DNA of 64,000 nucleotides from a virus (Duplodnaviria; Caudoviricetes): IMG/VR virus record IMGVR_UViG_3300010167_000010, positions 256,001 to 320,000 of that record; one strand, 5' to 3'. Shown piece by piece: positions 56,441 to 64,000 of this stretch (position 1 is its first letter; each line of letters starts with the position of its first letter). The notes under the pieces were generated by a model. It saw only the letters and a program-made list of their open reading frames with translations, ran no database searches and was not told where the DNA came from. The position numbers and the translations under genes were made by a program.

Positions 56441-56618
56441 AAAAATACAACATTCTATAACTAGTTATAGTAGTTTAAGTTTAAATCAATTATTAAAAAT
56501 TAAAAAAAGGAAAATAGAACAATTAGCTTATGCTAGGCAACATCATAATCTTCAATGTATAAAAAATATTTCTACTGAATTGATTATGATTGAAGATGTA
56601 ATTAGAGAAAGAAGTTAA
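56430..56618 (+). CDS. hypothetical protein
   Basis: Coupled small ORF. Confidence 0.5.
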   Translation: MMSRKIQHSITSYSSLSLNQLLKIKKRKIEQLAYARQHHNLQCIKNISTELIMIEDVIRERS

Positions 56619-56628
56619 TATAATTTAT

Positions 56629-57075
56629 ATGTTAAAAGCAGAAGACATGCTCAATATTATCAAAAGGGGCATAACGTATCAAAATAATTTAAACGATAGT
56701 TATTCTTATGTAAGTGTAGAAAATGAAATAAACTTATGTCCATTTTGTGGTAATAAAATGACAGTTGCAAAAAGTAATGGAAAATGGGTACAACTTTGTA
56801 ATTGTAAAGAAGGAGTAGAATTTTGTTGTAAAATAAGAGATCTACTTATTGAAAAAGATAAAATAGAAAATGAATTATCTGATATATACGCAGATATAGA
56901 AAAAAGGGCTTTTATAGTTTTTAAAAATTATTATAAAGGTAATTTTATTCCTTATCTAGAAAAATTACAACAAATAGAAAATAAAATTATTTTAGAAATG
57001 CCTTTTTTAACTACAGATGAAAATTTAATACAAAAAATGAGGGAAAAAATATTATGCCTGCAGGAAAACGAATAG
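56629..57075 (+). CDS. hypothetical Zn-ribbon protein
   Basis: CPFCG...CNC; AGTTAAT 16 nt upstream. Confidence 0.6.
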   Translation: MLKAEDMLNIIKRGITYQNNLNDSYSYVSVENEINLCPFCGNKMTVAKSNGKWVQLCNCKEGVEFCCKIRDLLIEKDKIENELSDIYADIEKRAFIVFKNYYKGNFIPYLEKLQQIENKIILEMPFLTTDENLIQKMREKILCLQENE

Positions 57076-58721
57076 AGCGTTCTAAAACAGCTCGTGAACA
57101 AATTTTAAAAGGAATGTTAGAAGTATCTAAAACAGTTTCTTCAACATACGGCCCATGCGGTCGTACTGTTGGTTTTGATAGAGGAGGTTCTTTTAGAATT
57201 ACTAAAGATGGAATTACAGTAGCTAGAGAAATAAAATTTTCTGACGAAGCTAAAAACTTTGGAGCAATGCTTATTAAAGAAGCTGCAGGTAAAAGTAATT
57301 ATATAAGTGGAGACGGTAGTTCTTCTACAACTATTTTAACTGCTGAATTATGCGCGGCAGCTCATAATTTATTAAATCAAGGGATTGATATTAATGATTT
57401 ACGAACTGGTTTTGAAGTAGCGGAAAAAGTAGTATTAGAATGTTTAGAAAAATATCAAACTATAATGAATAAAGAAGAAGATATTTTTAATATAGCAAAA
57501 ATATCAGCTAATAACGATGAAGAAATTGCAAAACATATTCAAGAAGCTTTTTTAGCAATTGGAGATAACGGTATAGTATCTATTGCTGATAGTTTATCTC
57601 GTAAAGGAGAAACTACAGTTAAAATATCTTCTGGTATAGAATTTGATAGAGGATTTTTATCATCACTTTGTGTAAATTCTACTAATGATCAATGTATTTT
57701 ACATGATGCTAAATTTTTGTTATCTACTGATATATTAAATAGCCCACAAGATTTACATGTGCTTATTCAAATGGTGCAAATGAATAAATGGCCTTTAATT
57801 ATTATTGCCCCAGACTTTGATGAAGAAGTAATGGCTTGGCATAGAGAAATGATTTCTAAAAAAATGTTAACAGGTTCATTAGTATTAGCACCTGGTGTAT
57901 CTAAATTAAATATTGCAGATAATTTATTAGATTTAGCTGTTTTAACTAATGCTACTATTTTAGGTCAAGATGTTTCTTTAAATGATTTTGATGTACATAA
58001 TCATTTAGGTTCAGCAGATCAAGTTGTAATCACTAAAGGGAAAACTACTATTTTGGGAGCAGGAACTAATCAAGAAAGATTTGATAAACATATAGAATTT
58101 TTACAAGCTAAAGTCGATCATGATAGTGCTGAAATTGGTTATTCAGAATATGAATTACAAAATATAAAAGAAAGAATTGCTAAAATGACTGGTGGAGTCG
58201 CAACAATTTTTATTGGTTCTTTAACTTCAGTAGAATTAGGTGAAAAGAAAGATAGATATGAAGATGCAATAAATTCAGTTAGAGCAATGTTAAGTGAAGG
58301 ATACATTCCAGGAGCATCAACCCCTTTATTAAGAATTTCGTATAATCAATTTAATTATTGTGACCAATTTAATTCAGAACAAATGAGTATTGGTTCACGA
58401 ACATCATTTAAATCTTATATGAAAGCAATTAGAATACCATCACAAATTTTAATTAGATCTTCAGGTGAAGATTATGAAAATGTTGTTCAAGATATTTTAA
58501 AACTCAGTGATAATGAGGGTTTTAATGTTAAAAAAAGAAAAATAGAAAACTTAATAGATTCTGGAATAATAGATCCATATAAAATAATTTATAACTCAAT
58601 ATTATACGCATCTAATGTAGCTGAACAATTTATGGGTTTAGATTCTATTATAATTTCTGACGTACGAAACTTGTCAGTAGAATCTTTAGATGATATATTA
58701 AATGAAGATGGAGTAAGATAA
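57054..58721 (+). CDS. groEL: GroEL-like chaperonin
   Basis: STYGPCGR, ITKDGITVA, GDGSSSTT, GIEFDRGFLS, ERIAKMTGGVA, EKKDRYEDA, GIIDP. Confidence 0.92.
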   Translation: MPAGKRIERSKTAREQILKGMLEVSKTVSSTYGPCGRTVGFDRGGSFRITKDGITVAREIKFSDEAKNFGAMLIKEAAGKSNYISGDGSSSTTILTAELCAAAHNLLNQGIDINDLRTGFEVAEKVVLECLEKYQTIMNKEEDIFNIAKISANNDEEIAKHIQEAFLAIGDNGIVSIADSLSRKGETTVKISSGIEFDRGFLSSLCVNSTNDQCILHDAKFLLSTDILNSPQDLHVLIQMVQMNKWPLIIIAPDFDEEVMAWHREMISKKMLTGSLVLAPGVSKLNIADNLLDLAVLTNATILGQDVSLNDFDVHNHLGSADQVVITKGKTTILGAGTNQERFDKHIEFLQAKVDHDSAEIGYSEYELQNIKERIAKMTGGVATIFIGSLTSVELGEKKDRYEDAINSVRAMLSEGYIPGASTPLLRISYNQFNYCDQFNSEQMSIGSRTSFKSYMKAIRIPSQILIRSSGEDYENVVQDILKLSDNEGFNVKKRKIENLIDSGIIDPYKIIYNSILYASNVAEQFMGLDSIIISDVRNLSVESLDDILNEDGVR

Positions 58722-59206
58722 TGCCAACAGCAGACAAATTAGATTTTAATGAAATAGTAAAAAGAGGAAATGATAGATTTAGAAAAGAAAGACCAATGCC
58801 TTCTGAATTATATCAATGTGCAATATTTTTTAGTAGATTAGTTATGGAAGAAATAGATGAATTACAATCTATTAGACAAATTATAGAATTAAAAAAATGG
58901 GATAAAGAAAAGAAAATTTTTAATTTTTTTAATAATAATTTAAGAAATTTAATTCTACAATTAAATGAAGATTTAGAAAAACAACGATTTATATTTCCAT
59001 TTTATAGTAAAGAGATATTTATGTCACAACAAGAAGCTACAAATTTTCTTCCATTATTTATTAAACAACTTATTAAAGAAGAAAAACTTCCTGCAAGTGT
59101 AATAAATGAAGATAGATCTATAAATGAGGAAATTATTAAGCCGGCAATAATCCCATTACAAACTACAGTATTAGAACAAGATAGACCTGAGTTTAAAGAT
59201 TCATAA
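58721..59206 (+). CDS. hypothetical protein
   Basis: Coupled to groEL; no GroES motif. Confidence 0.6.
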   Translation: MPTADKLDFNEIVKRGNDRFRKERPMPSELYQCAIFFSRLVMEEIDELQSIRQIIELKKWDKEKKIFNFFNNNLRNLILQLNEDLEKQRFIFPFYSKEIFMSQQEATNFLPLFIKQLIKEEKLPASVINEDRSINEEIIKPAIIPLQTTVLEQDRPEFKDS

Positions 59207-59522
59207 CAGCATTTTCATTTGAAATTTTATCTTTATATATTATAATTTCTTTATCTATATAAATATTTTTTGGAACTTCAATTCTTATTTCAACTGGAAT
59301 TTCTTTTATAATTGGAACTTCTTTAATTTTTTCAATATAGACAATATTACCTTTTATTTCTACAGGTACTTCTTTTATAACTTCAACTATTTTTTCTTGA
59401 ATAGTTTTGATTTCTACAGGCACTTCAATAATCCGATCTATTTCTATCTCTTTTTCAATTATTTTAACTGAATTTTCTTCCCATCCTAAATATTTTAGTA
59501 TACTTAATAAAAATTTTATCAC
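59193..59522 (-). CDS. VPVE-repeat (articulin/alveolin-like) protein
   Basis: Repeats IIEVPVE, VIKEVPVE, IKEVP, IKEIPVE, IEVPK; GTG start with AAGGAG. Confidence 0.6.
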   Translation of the reverse strand: MIKFLLSILKYLGWEENSVKIIEKEIEIDRIIEVPVEIKTIQEKIVEVIKEVPVEIKGNIVYIEKIKEVPIIKEIPVEIRIEVPKNIYIDKEIIIYKDKISNENAVMNL

Positions 59523-59551
59523 AATCTAACTCCTTAATAAATAGTTTGATT

Positions 59552-59580
59552 TTGAACATGTAATCTAAGTTTCTTATATA
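59552..59580 (+). promoter_or_regulatory. sigma70-like early-type promoter
   Basis: TTGAAC-N17-TATATA then TGTAAGGGAGATTA. Confidence 0.65.
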
Positions 59581-59603
59581 ATATTTGTAAGGGAGATTAT
59601 ATT

Positions 59604-60404
59604 ATGACAAAGAGAACTTATACAACACATGAAGAGCAGCTTGCTGCTTTAGAACAGGAACTTGTAGAATTCAAGGTTGCATCTGATGCTTTCGGTTTGG
59701 AAAGATTAAATTGTTTGGAAGCAAATATTGCAATGTTTAATGAGTTTTTTGCTGGCCACAACGTTAATTTTCAACTCAAAAGAGTTAGCAAGGATTCCTA
59801 TTTCGGTTCAAAGGATAATGATCTTCGTTACGATTTTTGCTTCATGACTGATGCTGACGATAGTTGGGGTTCAGTTTCAGTTGAAGTTCTTTATTCTTCT
59901 GCACTTGGTCTTAGAGTTCACCGTTTTGGTTTGCCTTCCAGAAGTCACAGTGGAAAAGATTTAAATCTTGATAAAGATATTGCATTTTTCCAGAATATGA
60001 CAAACTTGGCAAATATTTTGAAGAGCGGAACTGAATTAGCTGCTGTACTTGACCAGTGGAAAGAAGTTGAACGAACATGGCCTGAAAGAGATGAATATAA
60101 AATCACTTCTGATATAAATGCTTGCAAGGAAAACATTCGCATTCTTAATTTGGGTTTTAGGGTTGGAGCAACTTTAATGGTTGATACTAATACTTCAAAA
60201 AAATATAGAAATCATTGGCAGAAAGCTACAATCGTAAAGATTAATGCAAAATCTGTTCACTATGTAATTCATTGGGATCGTGAAGATGGAACTACTTCTA
60301 CTTCTGATGTTCGCAAAACTTGGATGGACTTTAATTATTTCAGAACAATTGAAGAGCATGCCAGAATAATTGAAGAGAAAAAAGCAGGTAGAAGAAACTA
60401 CTAA
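59604..60404 (+). CDS. hypothetical early protein, SH3/KOW-like C-terminus
   Basis: Monocistronic; FRVGATLMV...WQKATIVKINAKSVHY. Confidence 0.7.
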   Translation: MTKRTYTTHEEQLAALEQELVEFKVASDAFGLERLNCLEANIAMFNEFFAGHNVNFQLKRVSKDSYFGSKDNDLRYDFCFMTDADDSWGSVSVEVLYSSALGLRVHRFGLPSRSHSGKDLNLDKDIAFFQNMTNLANILKSGTELAAVLDQWKEVERTWPERDEYKITSDINACKENIRILNLGFRVGATLMVDTNTSKKYRNHWQKATIVKINAKSVHYVIHWDREDGTTSTSDVRKTWMDFNYFRTIEEHARIIEEKKAGRRNY

Positions 60405-60451
60405 AACAACCTCCCTTACGGGTTCAGTCGTTGGCTAAACCCGTTTAATAT

Positions 60452-60475
60452 AAGCTCCCGAAAGGGAGCTTTTTT
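60452..60475 (+). terminator. Rho-independent terminator
   Basis: AAGCTCCC-gaaa-GGGAGCTT then T-run. Confidence 0.85.
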
Positions 60476-60503
60476 ATTGTAAAAAACTTACTAAATATAT
60501 AAT

Positions 60504-62756
60504 ATGAGAAGTGATGATAAAGCTGGCTCTATTATTGTCAATCCCTTTACTGTTGATATAGATAAATTGGAAGGCCAGAAAATAGATGAAGGATTATTAA
60601 AATATACATTTAAAGATGAAAAAGCTATAAATAATTTAGCTTATATAATGAAAGATATTTTATCTGGTGATGTTTCATTAGCTAGAAGAGAAGAATATGC
60701 ATATCTTAATTTTAAACAATTACAAGAAGCAATAAAGTTTTTATTAAGTACTGGTATTGATGATTCACTCCGTCAATTACTTTTAGAACGACCTTATTTA
60801 TTAACGTTTAAAGATAAACCACCAACAGCAGAAGAATTTTTAGGTGAAAAATATATTGGAGTTATGAGCGAATCAGTTTGGGTTCCAGTTAAAAAAGCTT
60901 TTATAGAATATTTAGATCCATTAAAACCATATAGAACAGCTGCATTAAATCCATCAATTGGTGCTGGAAAATCTACATTTACTATGTTAGTATTATTGTA
61001 TGTTGCAGTTTGTTTTGCACTTATGAGAGATCCTTGGAAGTTTTTTAGTATGTCTCCAACATCAGTATTTGTATTTGTATTGTGTGCTGTTACACAATCT
61101 AAAGCATCTGAAATTTATCTTGAGCCAATTCAGCAATTAATAGAATCTGCAACTTATTGGAAATTTTGTAGAGATCACCAAGCAATGATTCGTGAGGATA
61201 ATCATTTAAGACAATCTGATTATGTAAATTATATTCCTTGGACAACATCTAGTAAAACATCTGTATTACAAACTGGAAATGGATTAAATTGGAAACAAAT
61301 ATCGTCTGCTGGTTCTCTTTTAGGTATGAATATTTTAGTCGGTGCAATGACAGAAATTACATTCTTTCTTGAAGCAGGAAAAGGTTGGAATGGAGAAAAG
61401 CTTATGGGCTTCTTCTCTAAACTTCGACAAAGAATTAGCAACCGTTTTCAAAATAATTATTATGCTCGTTTTATATTAGATTCATCACCATCATCGTTAG
61501 AAGATCCAATTCAAAGTTGGATGACATATGATGCTCCTAATAATAGTGCTAATTTTGTTTGGAAGGGGAGTAGATGGAATTTATATCCAGAAGAATTTCC
61601 AGATTTTTGTAACATAGAAGATTTACATGGATTAAATGAAAAAATAACTGAAAATCATAATTTTGATGTTGGATTTAAATTATTTAAAGGTGGTAATGGT
61701 AAAATACCTCAAATATGTGAAACAGATAGCGAAGCAGCTATTTTTGAAGAAGCTGATACTATATGGTGCCCAATTAAACAAGTAACTAAAAAGGGAACAG
61801 AAAACTTTTTAGATAAAGCAAAAGAAAACCCAATAGAGTTTATGAAAAATATAGCAGGAATTCCTGCTGGTCAAGCTGATCGTATTTTTTATCAAGGACA
61901 TTGGATAGATGATTGTTTTGATAATGGCTTAAAAAATGTTTATGGGAGTATAGTTGCTTTAGCTCATGAAGAACCAGAACATCTTATTTGGAATCAAATT
62001 TATAATTTATTTTTTAATAAAATATTAGATAGATGGTATTATTATTATGAGCCAGATCTTCCTAGAGTAATTTCAGTTGACTTATCAAAATCAAAAGATT
62101 GTACTTGTATTGCTATGAGCCACGTTGAAAGAGATCCAACTAGAATAGATCCATTAACTGGACAATCGGTAATAGTTTATGTTACTGATTTTACTATTAT
62201 GTTAGTTCCAAAAGGTGGTTTAATAAATTTAGATGCAGTTAAATTTTTTATTCTCGATTTACGTAAATTAGGTGGATTAAATATTAGACACGTTTCATTT
62301 GACGGATATCAATCTGAATCAACTAAACAAGCATTAAAAAGAATGAATTTTACTGTAGATTATATTTCAGTTGATAGTAATAATGAATCATATTATACTT
62401 ATATAGACTTAGTAACTAAAAATAGATGGTTTTGTGGAAAAAATATATTCGTTAAAAATAATATGAAATCATTATATCATACTAAACGTAAACGAAGTGA
62501 ATCTATGAAAATTGAACACTTTCCAGGTGATTTAAATTATGATTGGCAAGGAGGAGATTGGATAACTTGTACTGCTGGTATTAATGCTAAGGATGCTACC
62601 GATGCTATCGCTGGTAACATAGAATTAATGAAGATGTATTCAGGTGAATTTATTCCATCAAAAATATGGAACCCACAAGCTTGTTTTGATAGAGATTACG
62701 ATAATGTTTTTCAAAAAAATAAAGATTTTCTTAAAAGTGTAAATTTACGCTATTAA
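60504..62756 (+). CDS. terL: terminase large subunit
   Basis: SIGAGKST Walker A, AMTEI Walker B variant, ILDSSP coupling motif, RNase H-like ISVDLSKSKD, VSFDGYQS, KDATDAIAG. Confidence 0.85.
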   Translation: MRSDDKAGSIIVNPFTVDIDKLEGQKIDEGLLKYTFKDEKAINNLAYIMKDILSGDVSLARREEYAYLNFKQLQEAIKFLLSTGIDDSLRQLLLERPYLLTFKDKPPTAEEFLGEKYIGVMSESVWVPVKKAFIEYLDPLKPYRTAALNPSIGAGKSTFTMLVLLYVAVCFALMRDPWKFFSMSPTSVFVFVLCAVTQSKASEIYLEPIQQLIESATYWKFCRDHQAMIREDNHLRQSDYVNYIPWTTSSKTSVLQTGNGLNWKQISSAGSLLGMNILVGAMTEITFFLEAGKGWNGEKLMGFFSKLRQRISNRFQNNYYARFILDSSPSSLEDPIQSWMTYDAPNNSANFVWKGSRWNLYPEEFPDFCNIEDLHGLNEKITENHNFDVGFKLFKGGNGKIPQICETDSEAAIFEEADTIWCPIKQVTKKGTENFLDKAKENPIEFMKNIAGIPAGQADRIFYQGHWIDDCFDNGLKNVYGSIVALAHEEPEHLIWNQIYNLFFNKILDRWYYYYEPDLPRVISVDLSKSKDCTCIAMSHVERDPTRIDPLTGQSVIVYVTDFTIMLVPKGGLINLDAVKFFILDLRKLGGLNIRHVSFDGYQSESTKQALKRMNFTVDYISVDSNNESYYTYIDLVTKNRWFCGKNIFVKNNMKSLYHTKRKRSESMKIEHFPGDLNYDWQGGDWITCTAGINAKDATDAIAGNIELMKMYSGEFIPSKIWNPQACFDRDYDNVFQKNKDFLKSVNLRY

Positions 62757-62876
62757 ATAACTAATTTATTAAGAGAATTGCTTCACGCTCTTTGGATTCG
62801 TATCATATTACGCCTAAAAGAAAGATTAAAATATCTAATATGTATAACGTGAAAGACTTAATATAGGAGAAAATTT

Positions 62877-64000
62877 ATGAAGAAAACATTTGTAGACCTA
62901 GTAAAGGAATACAGCGCCTGGAAATTACAAGAAAAAGGCAACGGTAAGCTTACCAGAGAAGAACTCACAAAGCTTAGAGAATCTTATAAAGCAACAACAG
63001 AAAAACAATCTGCTCTTAAAGAAAAAGTAGAAGAGTACAGAGCTTGGAAGAAAGAAAATAAGGGAACAGATAAAATTACTGAAAAAGAATTTAAAGCCCT
63101 TAGAGAATCCGTAATTAAAGAAAGTAAAAAAATAAATAATAAAGAACCACAACAAAATTGGGAAACTTATCTTTCTAATTACAAAAAATTTAAAGAAGGT
63201 AAAGAAGGCGAAGGTGCAAAAATTACTTATAAAGAATTAAAAATGCTTAAAGAAAATTGGAAGGAAGCAAGAGAAAAAGGTATTCATCTTAAAGAAGGTG
63301 ATCCAGCTAATGCCGGTTTTGATCCAACAGGAGATCCAAATGCAATGCCTCCAGTTGAAGGAGCAGTTCCAGGAGCTGATATGGGAATGCCAGATCCAGC
63401 AGGCGGACAAACTGTTTCTGATATGGCAGCAGCTATTTCTGCAGCAGTTCAACCATTTATGGCAGATGCAGGGGCAATGGCACCAGTAGGAGATCCATTA
63501 GGTGCTCCTCCAGCAGGAACAGATGCAGGACCAGTAACAGGAATGCCTCCAGCTGATCCAGCAGCACCACTTCAATCAAGTGAAAAACGTGGTGATAGAT
63601 CAGGTAGATTATTTGAACAATTAACAAATGATTATAAAGCTTGGAAAAAAGCAAATAAAGGAACTGATAAACTCACTGAAGCTGAAGTTGCAGCATTAAA
63701 AGAAGAAGCAGAAAAACAAAGTGCACCAGCACCAAAATCAAAATACGAACAAATTAAAGAAAGAATTGCAGCTAGACAAGCAGCAATTGAAGAACTTCAA
63801 GAAAACAGTATGGGCCCGCTTCCAACAGCTGCCCTTGCTAACTCAAAATTATGGAAACATAATAAGGGAAATAGCACAGGTGAAACACAAAAAACAGCTC
63901 CAGCAGCTCCATCACAAATTGAAAAAGTTCCATCACCACAAACTTTAGCAAATGGTTATAGTTCAGGTGCAGCAGCAGGTGAAACATCACCAGCAAAAAC
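62877..64000 (+). CDS. putative prohead scaffold/core protein or capsid precursor, partial (not in ORF track)
   Basis: AGGAG RBS; MKKTFVDLVKEYSAWKLQEKG... open to the window end; four Y.AWK..KG..K.T..E...L(R/K)E repeats; Pro/Ala/Gly-rich linker. Confidence 0.6.
   Translation, partial: MKKTFVDLVKEYSAWKLQEKGNGKLTREELTKLRESYKATTEKQSALKEKVEEYRAWKKENKGTDKITEKEFKALRESVIKESKKINNKEPQQNWETYLSNYKKFKEGKEGEGAKITYKELKMLKENWKEAREKGIHLKEGDPANAGFDPTGDPNAMPPVEGAVPGADMGMPDPAGGQTVSDMAAAISAAVQPFMADAGAMAPVGDPLGAPPAGTDAGPVTGMPPADPAAPLQSSEKRGDRSGRLFEQLTNDYKAWKKANKGTDKLTEAEVAALKEEAEKQSAPAPKSKYEQIKERIAARQAAIEELQENSMGPLPTAALANSKLWKHNKGNSTGETQKTAPAAPSQIEKVPSPQTLANGYSSGAAAGETSPAK

Noticed and set aside
43055-62756. Inteins in DnaB or TerL
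   Set aside because: No C...HN splice motifs or LAGLIDADG blocks; conserved motifs are in contiguous order
8096-63948. Short shadow ORFs in the track (e.g. 9028, 13337, 13518, 17525, 18288, 25828, 26058, 28623, 36226, 51001, 62925-63948)
   Set aside because: Antisense or off-frame within well-supported genes, no RBS or motif, composition mirrors the real gene; unlike the 32178/32182 pair they show no sign of dual coding
1-64000. Bacterial chromosome or prophage-host junction (flaB, fliN, groEL, gmhB, dnaB look cellular)
   Set aside because: These genes are isolated, interleaved with phage genes, share the phage composition and upstream motifs, and lack their normal operon partners; no integrase or att site seen
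1-64000. Stop-codon reassignment
   Set aside because: Standard code gives dense, full-length genes; TAG and TGA both end well-defined ORFs; reading through the mini-flagellin TAG meets TAA within 10 codons
1-64000. CRISPR array, tRNA or rRNA genes
   Set aside because: No regularly spaced direct repeats or cloverleaf/T-loop signatures seen; intergenic gaps are short. Checked by eye only, so tRNAscan/Infernal would be decisive

Overview
AT-rich (roughly 25-30% GC by eye), gene-dense 64 kb segment of a large T4-like/jumbo myophage genome, not a cellular chromosome. It encodes a terminase large subunit, a gp19-like tail tube, very large putative virion proteins, rIIA/rIIB-like proteins, DnaB plus a DnaC-like loader, a putative SSB, an amidase, holin/spanin-like membrane genes, several free-standing HNH/NUMOD endonucleases, a MoxR AAA + vWA/peptidase pair, GroEL and Hsp20. 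The host is probably a spirochaete (Treponema-like), inferred from a FlaB-type flagellin. Highlights: (1) a putative flagellar/CsrA-manipulation module, made of a full FlaB flagellin, an unannotated 29-aa duplicate of the flagellin N-terminus behind a leader with two GGA-loop (CsrA-type) hairpins, and a stand-alone FliN; (2) a long, eukaryote/Thaumarchaeota-type topoisomerase IB behind an early-type promoter; (3) two nested membrane genes sharing one RBS that look like a lipoprotein-free spanin pair; (4) three fixed-spacing upstream motifs suggesting early/middle/late promoters with largely leaderless mRNAs; (5) a full-length divergent bL12-like protein, an FTR-like Fe-S protein lacking its catalytic Cys, heptose-activation enzymes, and an overlapping acidic/basic peptide pair. 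All calls come from motif recognition by eye; no database searches were run.
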